A model generated the notes under the pieces. The model did not search any database and was not told the origin of the DNA. It saw only the letters and a list, made by a program, of their open reading frames with translations. 64,000 bases of DNA from contig JALHOC010000003.1 of assembly GCA_022843225.1 (NCBI GenBank), forward strand, positions 48,290-112,289. Direction: 5' to 3'. Shown in pieces: positions 37,489 through 49,125 of this stretch (position 1 is its first letter; the number at the start of each line of letters is the position of its first letter). The stretch comes from Hyphomonadaceae bacterium (GTDB lineage Bacteria; Pseudomonadota; Alphaproteobacteria; Caulobacterales; Aquidulcibacteraceae). Position numbers and translations under genes: made by a program.

Positions 37489-38241
37489 CTAACCTCCCGC
37501 CACACCGCGCCCAGCGGCCCGGCCCCGCGGCCCTGAAAAATAATCATTCACCCAGCCGGATGCGTTTGCGGTGATTGCCGGGATGGTTCCCAATGCCGCG
37601 ACCTTGCCGCCATATAAAACCGCAACCCGGTCGCAGATGGCGTGGAGCGTGTCGAGATCGTGCGTGACCAGGAACACCGTCAACCCAAGAGACTGCGCAA
37701 GCTCTCGCGTCATCTCGTCGAAATTCGCGGCCGCAATGGGATCGAGGCCTGCCGTGGGTTCATCGAGAAACAACAACTCGGGGTCGAGCGCCAACGCCCG
37801 CGCCACAGCGGCGCGCTTGCGCATACCGCCGGAAATCTGCGCCGGCTTCTTGTGATGCGCTTCCGGGCCTAATCCAGCCATAGCCAGTTTCAATGCGGCG
37901 ATCTCGCCACGCAGCGCTGGCGTGAGGCGGGTGTGTTCGCGCAACGGGGCTTCGACATTCTCCAGCACCGTGAGGTTTGAAAACAGCGCCCCGTCCTGAA
38001 ACATTACGCCCAAGCGCGGCGCGAGGCCTGTTGCGTCGAAATACGGGAACGAGATATCGCCGGCGGAAACCTCCTGCAGCCCCACGATCTCGCGCAACAA
38101 CACCGACTTGCCGCACCCCGAAGGCCCAACGACGCCCAGGATTTCGCCGCGGCGAACGTCGAGATCGAGCCCGTCGTGAACGATTTGGGCGCCGAACTGA
38201 GTGACAAGCCCGCGCACTTGTATGGCGATGTCGGCGTTCAC
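37489..38241 (-). CDS. mlaF: MlaF-type ABC ATPase
   Basis: GPSGCGKS, ISGGMRKR, LFLDEPTAGLDP; GTG start overlaps the mlaE stop. Confidence 0.93.
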   Translation of the reverse strand: MNADIAIQVRGLVTQFGAQIVHDGLDLDVRRGEILGVVGPSGCGKSVLLREIVGLQEVSAGDISFPYFDATGLAPRLGVMFQDGALFSNLTVLENVEAPLREHTRLTPALRGEIAALKLAMAGLGPEAHHKKPAQISGGMRKRAAVARALALDPELLFLDEPTAGLDPIAAANFDEMTRELAQSLGLTVFLVTHDLDTLHAICDRVAVLYGGKVAALGTIPAITANASGWVNDYFSGPRGRAAGRGVAGG

Positions 38242-39371
38242 CAATCCATCTCCAAGAACCAGAGCGCAAAGACAGCGTCGAGCAATATGATCATGAAGAT
38301 GGACTGCACGACCGATGTCGTAACCCGCGCACCGAGGGAAGCGACATCGTCCCCAACCGAAAGCCCTTGTTTGCACCCGATCACGGCAAGCGCGAGCGCG
38401 AAGGCCGGCGCCTTCGACATACCGACCCAGAAATGTTGTTCGGGTACTGCGTCCGATATGCGTTGGAAGTACATGGCCGGGCTGACTCCCAACTCCGCCC
38501 AGGTGACGAGCAGCCCACCGAACAATCCCGACGCCATCGCAGCAAAGGTGAGTATGGGGGTCATTGCCAGCATTGCGATCACGCGCGGCGCCACGAGCGC
38601 CTCCATCGGCTTGATGCCGATCACTTGCATGGCGTCGATTTCCTGACGCATTTTCATCGCGCCGATCTCGGCGGTGAAGGCGCTGTTGGTGCGCCCTGCC
38701 AGTAGTACCGCGGTGATGACGACCGCGAACTCGCGCAGCATCGAGAACGCGACCAGCTCGACCGTGAAAACCGATGCGCCAAAATCGCCCAGGATGCGCG
38801 CACCGAGATAGGCCACGACCAGGCCTATGAAAAAAGACAACAGCATCACGATTGGCAAGGCGTTGAGCCCGGCAACTTCCATGATGTGGACGACAGAAAC
38901 CCAGCGGATGCGCCCCGGATTGAGCAGAAGCCGCGCGAGCACAACTAAGGTCTCGCCCAAGAACGAAACCGTCTCGACGATCTCGCTCCAAATCTTCGCC
39001 ATCGCGCGTCCGACGATTTCGAGAAAGCCAATGAGCCCTTGCGGCCGATCTGGCACAGGCGCGGGCGTGGCCGCGGACTTTCGGGCAGCGTCGAGCAAGC
39101 GCTTGGCGGTCGCGTGATCGCCGCGCAGCGCGATGCGAGCGCTCTCGCCGCCGGGGCTCTCACGGAAGGTGCGGTCGATCAGGTACGCGCCTGCAACGTC
39201 CAAGCGTTCAAGCTGGGTCACGTCGATGACGGCGCCAGGCGTCAGTCGGTCTGCGAGTTGACGCAAATCGGCTTCCAGATGGGCGATGGTGTCCACCGTC
39301 CAATCGCCGCGTAGCGCCAGAATTGGCGCGCGCCCCCCCTCCTGGAAGTCGAAAGCGGCCTCTGCGGCCAT
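38238..39371 (-). CDS. mlaE: MlaE-type ABC permease with N-terminal STAS-like domain
   Basis: LREFAVVITAVLLAGR, FTAEIGAMKMRQEIDA, TTSVVQSI. Confidence 0.93.
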   Translation of the reverse strand: MAAEAAFDFQEGGRAPILALRGDWTVDTIAHLEADLRQLADRLTPGAVIDVTQLERLDVAGAYLIDRTFRESPGGESARIALRGDHATAKRLLDAARKSAATPAPVPDRPQGLIGFLEIVGRAMAKIWSEIVETVSFLGETLVVLARLLLNPGRIRWVSVVHIMEVAGLNALPIVMLLSFFIGLVVAYLGARILGDFGASVFTVELVAFSMLREFAVVITAVLLAGRTNSAFTAEIGAMKMRQEIDAMQVIGIKPMEALVAPRVIAMLAMTPILTFAAMASGLFGGLLVTWAELGVSPAMYFQRISDAVPEQHFWVGMSKAPAFALALAVIGCKQGLSVGDDVASLGARVTTSVVQSIFMIILLDAVFALWFLEMDW

Positions 39372-39483
39372 GTTCCCCGGGTCCTTTCGGCGTTCTGCCT
39401 CAGGTCATAAGCGCTAACAGAAAACATTAGGCAAAGAAGCCAGAGGCGCTTTCGGGGCGATCTTCGCGTTCGGCGCGAATTCG

Positions 39484-40680
39484 TTAACGACGCGGCGCGG
39501 GCTCAAGCAGCTGAAGCGCAAGCAGGCCGCCCGCCAGGGACAGTCCGGCCATAGCCCAATAGCCGGCCGCCCCGACATGATCGTATAACACCCCTGACGC
39601 CAAGGTCGACAGACCCATCAGCACGCCGGCCGAGGCCGCCGAATACAGCGTCTGCGCCATTCCGGCTGAGCTTTCCGGCGCCTCGCGGGAGAGAAGGCGC
39701 ATCGCGCCCACGTGCGCGGCGGCGAACGAGAGCGCGTGCAAGGCCTGCAAGGGCCACAGGATAAACCCGGTTGGCGCAAACCCCATAGTCAGCCAGCGCA
39801 CGACGCCGCCCGCTGCGCCGACGAGGATCAAAGCCTCGGGCGACACGCGCCTTTCGATCGGCGCGAGCGACCACAAAAACGCGACCTCGACGGCGACGCC
39901 GAACCCCCACAAGAGGCCAACCGCGCCGGCATCAATGCCTTGGCCGCGCCAAACCAAAGTCGAGAAACCATAATAGAAGCCATGCGCGCTTTGGATGAGC
40001 CCGCACGCAACTATGAGCATCACGAAACGTCGCGAGCGCAACAAACTCGGCAACGCGCCAAACCGCCCTTGCGGCGGCTGTTGGCTTGCAGACGGTGCGT
40101 CGCGTTGGAGGCCCGCCCAAGCAGATACCGCCGTAAGCGCAAGCCCGCTCACCACCCACGCCACCATGGCGTCGAGCCCGAATCTCGACACGAGCAGTCC
40201 GCCGGCAACGTTGGCGACGATGAAGGCAATCGAGCCAAATCCGCGCGCAACGCCGTAATTCAGTTTGCCTTGCGTCGTGGCCCGCAGCACCGCCGCTTCG
40301 ACAAGCGGCGTCAGCCCTTGCGTCAGTGAGAGCGCGATGAAACCGATCGCGAATAACCCCCACGTGTACCAAGATATGAGAAAGAAAGCGGAATAAGCGA
40401 CCAATGCCGCAGCCGTGATGATTTGGATTGGCCTCCGCCGGTCCGCGAAGGTCTCTGCCCAGAGCGCGATCGCGGGGCCGGTCAGCACACGCGCGAACTG
40501 CGCCAGCGACAGCAGCACGCCGATCGCGGCGCCATCAAGCCCGCGCTCAACCTCAAGCCAGCGCGGCAGGAACACCATGATAACGCCGGTCGTGCCGAAG
40601 AGGCAGGAGATCACCAGCGTCACCCGCGCAGCGCGCGACGCGAGAACGGGTTCGTGAGTTTCAGTCAAGGGCTTGTCCAA
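39484..40680 (-). CDS. MFS transporter (HcaT-like); start uncertain
   Basis: About 12 TM; NYGVARGFGS, HGFYYGFSTL, LHALSFAAAH. Confidence 0.88.
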   Translation of the reverse strand: MDKPLTETHEPVLASRAARVTLVISCLFGTTGVIMVFLPRWLEVERGLDGAAIGVLLSLAQFARVLTGPAIALWAETFADRRRPIQIITAAALVAYSAFFLISWYTWGLFAIGFIALSLTQGLTPLVEAAVLRATTQGKLNYGVARGFGSIAFIVANVAGGLLVSRFGLDAMVAWVVSGLALTAVSAWAGLQRDAPSASQQPPQGRFGALPSLLRSRRFVMLIVACGLIQSAHGFYYGFSTLVWRGQGIDAGAVGLLWGFGVAVEVAFLWSLAPIERRVSPEALILVGAAGGVVRWLTMGFAPTGFILWPLQALHALSFAAAHVGAMRLLSREAPESSAGMAQTLYSAASAGVLMGLSTLASGVLYDHVGAAGYWAMAGLSLAGGLLALQLLEPAPRR

Positions 40681-40765
40681 GGGTCCGAGCGAGTAACATC
40701 GTTCTAGGCCCATGTAGAGGGGCGCCGGCCTTGCTCCGACGCGTCCGCGCCCGTAAGCGAAGCCT

Positions 40766-41734
40766 ATGTCCACGCGCCGCGACCTCTATCCCGCCATCGA
40801 ACCGAGCCAAAGCGAACTACTCCAGGTTTCGAAGCTTCACACGATCTATGTCGAGCAATGCGGCAATCTGCTGAAAGGACGCCCGGCCATCGCGCTGCAT
40901 GGCGGCCCTGGCGGCGGACTTTCACCAGACATGCGCCGGTTCTTCGATCCCGCGCGCTACCGGATCGTGCTGATGGATCAACGCGGCTGCGGCCGCTCAA
41001 CACCCCATGCCGAGACGCGCGAGAACACGACGTGGGATTTGGTGGCCGACATTGAGCGCGTGCGCGAGCGCTACGGCATCGAGAAATGGGTCGTGTTCGG
41101 CGGCTCTTGGGGATCGACGCTTGCCTTGGCGTACGCCGCCAAGCACCCCGAACGCGTGGCCGGACTCGTGCTGCGTGGCGTCTTTCTGCTCAGAAAATCC
41201 GAGATCGATTGGTTCTACCAAGCAGGCGCGAGCAACATCTTTCCAGACGCCTTCGCGCGCTACATTTCCGTCATCCCCGCCGAGGAACGTGGGGACCTCC
41301 TGCATGCCTTTCATCGCCGCCTAACATCGGGTGATCGCGACGAGCGCTTGCGCGCGGCGCGCGCCTGGGCGCGCTGGGAGGGTGAGACAATTTCCATAGC
41401 AGGCCCCAGCGCCCTGCCCGCACGCTTCAACGAAGATCGTTTCGTCGAGGCTTTCGCCTGCATCGAGAACCACTATTTCGTGAACAAGGGGTTCTTCGAG
41501 CACGATGGTTGGCTGTTGGACCAGACGCCGCATCTGCGTCACATACCGGCGCGCATCGCGCATGGCCGCTACGACATGTGTACGCCGCTGGCGTCCGCGT
41601 GGGCGCTGAAGCAAAAATGGCCTGAGGCGGAACTGGAGATTATCCCAGACGCCGGCCACTCCAGCCTGGAGCCTGGCATCGTGGATGCACTCGTCCGCGC
41701 TACGGATTGGATGTTGGCGCGCGGCGCCTGGTAG
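40766..41734 (+). CDS. pip: Proline iminopeptidase
   Basis: LHGGPGGG, DQRGCGRSTP, GGSWGST, GRYDMCTP, AGHS. Confidence 0.96.
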   Translation: MSTRRDLYPAIEPSQSELLQVSKLHTIYVEQCGNLLKGRPAIALHGGPGGGLSPDMRRFFDPARYRIVLMDQRGCGRSTPHAETRENTTWDLVADIERVRERYGIEKWVVFGGSWGSTLALAYAAKHPERVAGLVLRGVFLLRKSEIDWFYQAGASNIFPDAFARYISVIPAEERGDLLHAFHRRLTSGDRDERLRAARAWARWEGETISIAGPSALPARFNEDRFVEAFACIENHYFVNKGFFEHDGWLLDQTPHLRHIPARIAHGRYDMCTPLASAWALKQKWPEAELEIIPDAGHSSLEPGIVDALVRATDWMLARGAW

Positions 41735-41738
41735 CCCC

Positions 41739-42824
41739 TCAAGCCAGGTCGCGCCGCCAAACCTCGACGCCGACCGCAAACGCGCGCGCAACGCCTCCCT
41801 CCCGAACAATGCGGACTTTGTTGACAGCGCGCCCCATCTCGATCGGCGCCCAACTTGCCCCGCCATCGCGCGTCTCGAAACCTGTCGTCGACCCGCCGAC
41901 CCATCCCCAATGCTCGTCCACGAAACCGACGCCAAATTCGCGAACCCGCGCATCGTCCACCAGCGGCAACTCACGCCAACTCGCGCCGCCATCTGTCGTC
42001 TTTATCACGACACGCTGACTAGCGCCCTCGGCATAGTTCTGCACCGTAGCGTAACCCACGCGACGCGTCGGGAAGTTCATTTTCCAACAATTCTCGAAGG
42101 GGCGAGTCGAGCGATATGCTTCCGTCCAGGTTTCGCCGCCATCGCGCGTTCGCAAGATCATGGCATTAGCCTGGCTCATGTCGTCCGAACTCGCGGCGCA
42201 CACCAAGCCGTTCGAGACGTCGAAGAATTTCACATCTAGGATCATCCCGGCGTGAGCGCCGAGATCGATCGTACGCCAATTTTCACCGCCATCCAAAGAC
42301 CGCAGCATCGCCGCCGGCCCGCCCACGCGACCGGCTGCATGAACGATTGCGGTGTTTCGCAACTCGCCCTGGAATATGCGCTGTTGCGGCAACACGTCGA
42401 TGCCGCAGATACCTTTCACGACGCCGATGCCATCCGCTTCGATCGGCGTCCACGTAACGCCGCCATCGCGCGTGCGATAGAGCGGCCGCGTGTCGGAGAC
42501 GTTGGGGTAATAATCCGTACCGACATTGCCCAGGAAGCCATTCTCGGCATCCATAAAGCCGAGCGCGCGAACAAACGTTCCCGGCTGCTCCCAAATCTTT
42601 TCCCAGGTTTGACCGCCGTCACGCGTGCGATAGAGCTTTCCCGCCCCATTGCCGTACCAACCGATATCCGGGGTCACAAAGTGGATATCGTCTTGCTTTC
42701 CAGGATACGGCTCGGTGGCGAGCTTAGTCCACGGACCCGCATCGTGCGCAGTCACTGATGTGTTGGTCGCGCACGCAGCTAAAACAGTGGCCGCGCCGAG
42801 CGCGAAATCACGACGATGCAGCAT
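41739..42824 (-). CDS. Tat-exported YCF48/BNR (Asp-box) beta-propeller lipoprotein
   Basis: RRDFAL Tat motif, LAAC; six (S/T)xDGGxxW repeats. Confidence 0.85.
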   Translation of the reverse strand: MLHRRDFALGAATVLAACATNTSVTAHDAGPWTKLATEPYPGKQDDIHFVTPDIGWYGNGAGKLYRTRDGGQTWEKIWEQPGTFVRALGFMDAENGFLGNVGTDYYPNVSDTRPLYRTRDGGVTWTPIEADGIGVVKGICGIDVLPQQRIFQGELRNTAIVHAAGRVGGPAAMLRSLDGGENWRTIDLGAHAGMILDVKFFDVSNGLVCAASSDDMSQANAMILRTRDGGETWTEAYRSTRPFENCWKMNFPTRRVGYATVQNYAEGASQRVVIKTTDGGASWRELPLVDDARVREFGVGFVDEHWGWVGGSTTGFETRDGGASWAPIEMGRAVNKVRIVREGGVARAFAVGVEVWRRDLA

Positions 42825-42915
42825 GAACAACCCCTGACTATACGACCATGGTCGCACGCGACAGCGGGGGACGAAAGGTCGTCTGTCGATGAAATTCGCG
42901 CGTGCGTCGCGTCTG

Positions 42916-44058
42916 CTACCATAGAATCCCGCGCGTGCCGTGTTGATCGCGATGCAGATCAATCGATAGCACGATCGCGAACCCCACCATGATCGTCAGC
43001 ATCGCGGTGCCGCCAAAGGAAATCATCGGCAACGGAATGCCGACGACCGGCACAAGCCCGATCACCATCGCCGTGTTGATGAACACGTAGCACGCCAAGG
43101 TGGCTGCGACGCCGGCGGCCGCGAGTTTGCCGAATAGAGATCGCGCGCGCAGCGCCACTTGCACCGCTAGCGCCATCAACGCCGTGAACAAGCCAAGCAC
43201 CAACGCGCCGCCGAGCAAGCCAAACTCCTCGACGATCATCGTGAAAATGAAGTCGGTATGCTTCTCGGGCAGAAAGTCGAGTTGACTTTGGGTGCCCTGC
43301 AAATAGCCCCGGCCAAACAAGCCAGCAGAGCCAATCGCGATCTTGGATTGAAGCACGTGATAACCCGCGCCAAGCGGGTCATCCGCAAGTCCGAGGAACA
43401 CGTTGACGCGGTCACGCTGATAGCCGTGCAGCACATAATTATAGGCGAAGAACGCGCCGGCAGCGCCCAGTACAACCCCGCCGCCAACGATCCACCAAGA
43501 CAAGCCGGCAAGAAACATCACCGCAATGCCGGCGAACACAATCAGCAATGCCGTGCCCAGATCAGGCTGGTGCATGATCAACGCCACCGGCGCAATAATC
43601 ATTAAGAAAGGCGGAAGGATCGACAACAACGCGCCAGTGCGGCGCGGGTCGAGCTGGTGATAGTACCGCGCCAGCGCCAGCACGATGCCGATTTTCATGA
43701 ACTCAGAGGGCTGTAGCGACACAGGACCGAGCGCAAGCCAGCGCGTGGCGCCCATACGCGTCTCACCCGCCACCTCAACGAGGATCAGCAGAAGCAACGC
43801 GCCGGCATACAAAGGGTACGCGATTGCGAGCCAAAACCGCGGGTCCAGGATCGTCGCCGCGATCAGAACCATCATCATGACGACAGCAAAGCGAATGCCA
43901 TGCGTCAACGGCATATCCGTCCAGGCGCCGGACGATACCGAGAAGTGCATCAACACGCCGATCAGCGCGAGCGCGACCATCACGGTGATGATGCCCCAAT
44001 TGAGCCGCGATACGCGTTCCGCAAGCGTATTCGGGTTGGAACCAGCAGCGAGCGTCAT
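42916..44058 (-). CDS. rodA: Rod shape-determining protein RodA
   Basis: GATRW, LQPSEFMK, HQPDLGTA, LPEKHTDFIF, ISFGGT. Confidence 0.97.
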   Translation of the reverse strand: MTLAAGSNPNTLAERVSRLNWGIITVMVALALIGVLMHFSVSSGAWTDMPLTHGIRFAVVMMMVLIAATILDPRFWLAIAYPLYAGALLLLILVEVAGETRMGATRWLALGPVSLQPSEFMKIGIVLALARYYHQLDPRRTGALLSILPPFLMIIAPVALIMHQPDLGTALLIVFAGIAVMFLAGLSWWIVGGGVVLGAAGAFFAYNYVLHGYQRDRVNVFLGLADDPLGAGYHVLQSKIAIGSAGLFGRGYLQGTQSQLDFLPEKHTDFIFTMIVEEFGLLGGALVLGLFTALMALAVQVALRARSLFGKLAAAGVAATLACYVFINTAMVIGLVPVVGIPLPMISFGGTAMLTIMVGFAIVLSIDLHRDQHGTRGILW

Positions 44059-46046
44059 GCCCGGCTCCTCGTAGTGGATTCAAGACTCGCCAAACGCGCC
44101 GGGGCGCGCCGCGCCGGATCGCGCAGCAGCGTCTCACGCATGATGGCGCGCGCAATCGGCCCCGCGACAGCCGAACCTGCGCCACCATGTTCAACCACAA
44201 CCGCGCAGGCGTAACGCGGCTCGTGCCAGGGGCCGAAACAGCAGAAAAGCGCGTTGTCACGGAACCGCCACTCGATCGTGGAGAAGTGGCGGCCACGATT
44301 GGCGCCTAGCGCGCGCACTTGCGCGGTGCCGGTTTTGCCCGCGATCTGCACGGGCGCCCACGCGCGATTCTCCGGCGTCAACGGCACCGCGACGCCCGTT
44401 TCCGGGTGACGCACGAGTTCCAGATTGCCCGCGCGCATGCCCGTGCCTCCCGGCTCGTTACACACGCCGAACATGCCGTCGCGCACGCGCGCCAGATGTT
44501 CCGATGCAATGCCGCTCATGTGCACAGGCTGCGGCGGGTCCGTCACTCCCGGCGCCTCGCGCACCAGCCGCGGCGCCACCGCATGGCCGTTATTGCCTAG
44601 GCGCGCCGACATCACCGCAAGCTGCAACGGCGTCACACCCATCGCGCCCTGCCCGATGCCGTAATTGAGCGTTAGTCCTCCCGTCCAGCCCTCATTGCGG
44701 TTTTCGCGCCACCAGGTCGGATCGGGTATCAGGCCGTCGCGAACATTCGGCACGCCGAGATCAAAGTGTTCGCCCAAGCCAAACTGACGCGCGACAGCCG
44801 CAATGCGCTCCGGCCCCGCACGCAGCGCGGCTTGATAAAAGTACACGTCGCACGAATGCTTGATGGCGTCGTGCAAGTTCATGCGGCCATGCCCGCCCGC
44901 GCGCCAGCAGTGGAAAGTGCGGCCGCCGAAGAAGTAACCGCCGGAACAGCTCACCGCCCAGGTGTCTTCAACACCCGCTTGCTTGGCGGCGATGCCGACA
45001 ATCATTTTGAACGTGGAGCCTGGCGCGTACACCCCGGTCACGCCCTTGTTGAACAGCGGCTTTTTTTCGTCCTCGTTCAAGACACGAAAGGGCTCGCGCG
45101 CGATGCCATTGACGAAGAGATTGGGATCGAACCCGGGCGCGGACGCCATCACCAGCAAGTCGCCGGTGTAGATGTCCATCACCACGGCCGCGCCGGATTG
45201 ATCGGCGCCGAAATTCTCCATCGCCACTCGCTGCAATTCGTGATCGATCGTGAGCACAACGCCCGATCCGCGCACCGGCGGGCGGCGCTCGTTCTCGTCT
45301 TCCCCCTGCTCGACGCCGCGCGCATTGACCACCACTTTGCGCCAACCGGCCTCGCCATGCAGCGTCTGCTCCAGGCCGGCTTCTAGCCCGGCCTTGCCGA
45401 CCCGCACCATCGGATTGCGCAGATACATCGCCCGGCTCTCGCCTTGCGCGGGGTCTTCCAGCGCGCGCTCGACGTCGCGCTGCGTCGGCTTCTGCACGTA
45501 GCCGATCGGATGCGCGTACACCGTGCGATAGGGATAGGCGCGCACATCCGCCGCATGAGCGACGATGCCGGTGAGTTCAGGCAGACGCACATTGATGCGG
45601 TTGAACTCGTCCCATGTCAGCCCCTCTTGCAGCGGCTGCGGCTCATAGCGCGAGCCACCGCGCACGCGGATGACCGCGCGCCGCGCCCACTCCGCGCTCA
45701 ATCCTAGAATCTGGCCGACGCGCCCGACCACCTCTTCAAGGTCTTCGACATCTTGTTGCACGACAGCGACCTGATAGTCGCGACTGGTTTGGGCGAGCAC
45801 GGTGCCGAAGCGGTCGTAGATGATACCGCGCGGGGGTGCGATAATGCGCGTGTCGAAGCGGTTGTCGTCGGCGGCGGCCGAGTATTCGCGACTGAACAGG
45901 TTAGTCGCCTGCAACTGCCCCATCCGCACTAGGATCGCGCCCATCACGCCGGCGCCGACAAACGACATCAGCGCGGCGCGACGATTGAAGATCGCGCTGA
46001 CATCGCGCTTGGGCATCGTAGAGCCTACGCGCTTGGGTCGACTCAT
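44055..46046 (-). CDS. mrdA: Penicillin-binding protein 2
   Basis: PPRGIIYDR, PGSTFK (SxxK), SCD, AGKTGTAQ. Confidence 0.96.
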   Translation of the reverse strand: MSRPKRVGSTMPKRDVSAIFNRRAALMSFVGAGVMGAILVRMGQLQATNLFSREYSAAADDNRFDTRIIAPPRGIIYDRFGTVLAQTSRDYQVAVVQQDVEDLEEVVGRVGQILGLSAEWARRAVIRVRGGSRYEPQPLQEGLTWDEFNRINVRLPELTGIVAHAADVRAYPYRTVYAHPIGYVQKPTQRDVERALEDPAQGESRAMYLRNPMVRVGKAGLEAGLEQTLHGEAGWRKVVVNARGVEQGEDENERRPPVRGSGVVLTIDHELQRVAMENFGADQSGAAVVMDIYTGDLLVMASAPGFDPNLFVNGIAREPFRVLNEDEKKPLFNKGVTGVYAPGSTFKMIVGIAAKQAGVEDTWAVSCSGGYFFGGRTFHCWRAGGHGRMNLHDAIKHSCDVYFYQAALRAGPERIAAVARQFGLGEHFDLGVPNVRDGLIPDPTWWRENRNEGWTGGLTLNYGIGQGAMGVTPLQLAVMSARLGNNGHAVAPRLVREAPGVTDPPQPVHMSGIASEHLARVRDGMFGVCNEPGGTGMRAGNLELVRHPETGVAVPLTPENRAWAPVQIAGKTGTAQVRALGANRGRHFSTIEWRFRDNALFCCFGPWHEPRYACAVVVEHGGAGSAVAGPIARAIMRETLLRDPARRAPARLASLESTTRSRA

Positions 46047-46564
46047 TTTTTGAACCCCGGCTGCGGCCGCATCGACGGCGCCGAACTCATATAGAGAGGC
46101 CGCACGAGCGGAAACAGCAGCGCTGTAATGAGCGCTGCTTCGGCATACGGCGTCACCGACACGTTGGCCCCCAAACCCATCGGCGCGACTACGGCCGCCA
46201 CGCCTATGGTGATGACTGCTGTCACAATGAAACCGCCCCACAGCGAAACGAGATTTGGTGAGGACATGATCACGGCTGCGACGCGCCCGATTAGATAGGC
46301 CGACAGATAAAGCGCAACGAATAGGCCGTAGGGCCCGCCCGCCAGTTGATCGTGCATGAGACCCAGAGCGCTGAGCGTCACGGGCGCGCGCCAGCCTGTT
46401 TCATCCTCCGCCGCCCAGCCATAGGCAGCCCACAACGCCGCAAGCGGCATCGGCGGTTGCGCGAACAATGGCCCTAGCGGCAAGGCAGGCAAGATCACGC
46501 TCGCCACCGCAAGCGCGAGCCCCCAGGCGCGCAACACGCTGCGGCTTGGCGCGCGCGCGATCAT
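46043..46564 (-). CDS. mreD: Rod shape-determining protein MreD
   Basis: Hydrophobic, DQLAGGPYG; lies between mreC and mrdA. Confidence 0.85.
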   Translation of the reverse strand: MIARAPSRSVLRAWGLALAVASVILPALPLGPLFAQPPMPLAALWAAYGWAAEDETGWRAPVTLSALGLMHDQLAGGPYGLFVALYLSAYLIGRVAAVIMSSPNLVSLWGGFIVTAVITIGVAAVVAPMGLGANVSVTPYAEAALITALLFPLVRPLYMSSAPSMRPQPGFKK

Positions 46565-47691
46565 CGCTGTGGCGGCGCCGCCGGCGAGGGCGACGGTTCC
46601 GGAACGGGCGCGGCCGGTGGCGTTGCTTCGATCGTAGCGGGCGGCGTCTCGACAGCCGCCTGCGGCGTTTCGCGACGCGGCCGCGGCGTTTGCGGCGCAG
46701 GGGCCAGCGTGCTCGGCGCCGTCGGCGGCGGCGCCATCGTGTCACGTCCGATTGAGGTCACCGACGACGCCGTGTTGAGCGGCGGGCCGGTGTCCGCGAC
46801 CGGTTCGTTCTCTGGCGGCGTGACGCCCACGAACGGAATTAACCGCACGAAATCGATCGGCCGTTGCGCGGCCGCCAGCGCCACCTGCCAGCTGCCGTCA
46901 CGCTCGCCGCGCGCCACGCCGACAGGAATGCCACGCGGGAACAAGCCGCCATCGCCGGAGGTGATTACGCGCTCGCCTTCGCGCAAATTCTCCGCGCCGA
47001 CGACAAAATCGAGCCGCGGCGCCTGCATTTGAAACGGATGCGTGATCAGGTCCGGCCGACGCGTCGCCTGCCCCGCCAGCACCGCGCGCACGCGCGACGC
47101 CTCGCCCATCACCGGAATGCGCGAGTTGTAATCGTCAAGCATTAGAACACGTGACGAGCGGCGGCCCACCGAGACGACACGGCCCACAAGGCCATTCTCG
47201 TTCACCGCGATATAGCCGACGCGGACGCCGTGGTCTGCGCCCGCATTGGCCACCAAGGTGCGCGTAAACGGCCCGCCAGAATCCAACACCAATTGCGCGG
47301 CGATGGCGTCTTCGAGATCGGCGCCTTCGCCGAATGCATCAACCGGCATCCGCAGCAGCGCTTCGTAGCGCGCATTACGTTCCGCCAGCCGCTCCGCGAG
47401 ATCACGCCACGCCTGCAAGTCGCGGTTCTCGCGCTCGAGCTCCTGGACGCGCGCGCTTGCGCCCCACATGCCGGCGATACGGTCAAGAAAGCCTTGGCTT
47501 GCTCGCGCCGGGCCTGTTGCGACACGTCCACCGGCTGCGGCGGCGTCATCGCCGGCTTGCATCGCCACGCCGCCCGCACGTATCCCGATCAGCACGACCG
47601 CACCAATAAGCAGGGCAACGCCGAGGATGATCCCCGGCGCGAAGCGGCGACCTGAACCGGCGCGCCGTACACTGCTTCTGCGTCTGGCCAC
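46561..47691 (-). CDS. mreC: Rod shape-determining protein MreC
   Basis: TM plus coiled coil, GLVGRVV, VITSGDGGLFPRGIPVG; Pro-rich tail. Confidence 0.93.
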   Translation of the reverse strand: MARRRSSVRRAGSGRRFAPGIILGVALLIGAVVLIGIRAGGVAMQAGDDAAAAGGRVATGPARASQGFLDRIAGMWGASARVQELERENRDLQAWRDLAERLAERNARYEALLRMPVDAFGEGADLEDAIAAQLVLDSGGPFTRTLVANAGADHGVRVGYIAVNENGLVGRVVSVGRRSSRVLMLDDYNSRIPVMGEASRVRAVLAGQATRRPDLITHPFQMQAPRLDFVVGAENLREGERVITSGDGGLFPRGIPVGVARGERDGSWQVALAAAQRPIDFVRLIPFVGVTPPENEPVADTGPPLNTASSVTSIGRDTMAPPPTAPSTLAPAPQTPRPRRETPQAAVETPPATIEATPPAAPVPEPSPSPAAPPQR

Positions 47692-47721
47692 TTCGTCGCC
47701 TTTATCTTGAGCGGCGCGCGG

Positions 47722-48795
<1,074 letters not shown>

Positions 48796-49125
48796 TTAGC
48801 CGAATCAACCCGATCATCCGGGCTTAGCGCGCCAAGCCTTAACCAAAACCTGTGTCACCGGCGTGTTGGGCGATTGGGGCGTGTGCACGTGCTGTTTCAT
48901 TTTGGAAACGCACGGTCCAAGCCGCCGACCGCCCCCAGTCGCCGACGACCCAGGACTTGCCGTGATGTTACGACCGATGCAAGGGGCGCGCCGCAGGCGT
49001 CACACGGCGGTCGCAATTCATCCACAGCCGCATCGCACGCACTTGTGAGGCTGCGTTTGGCTTGCCCTCCAAGTGGCGGCGCCCGATGATGGTACCAGCG
49101 ACGGCGAATACGGGCGGGGAATGGC

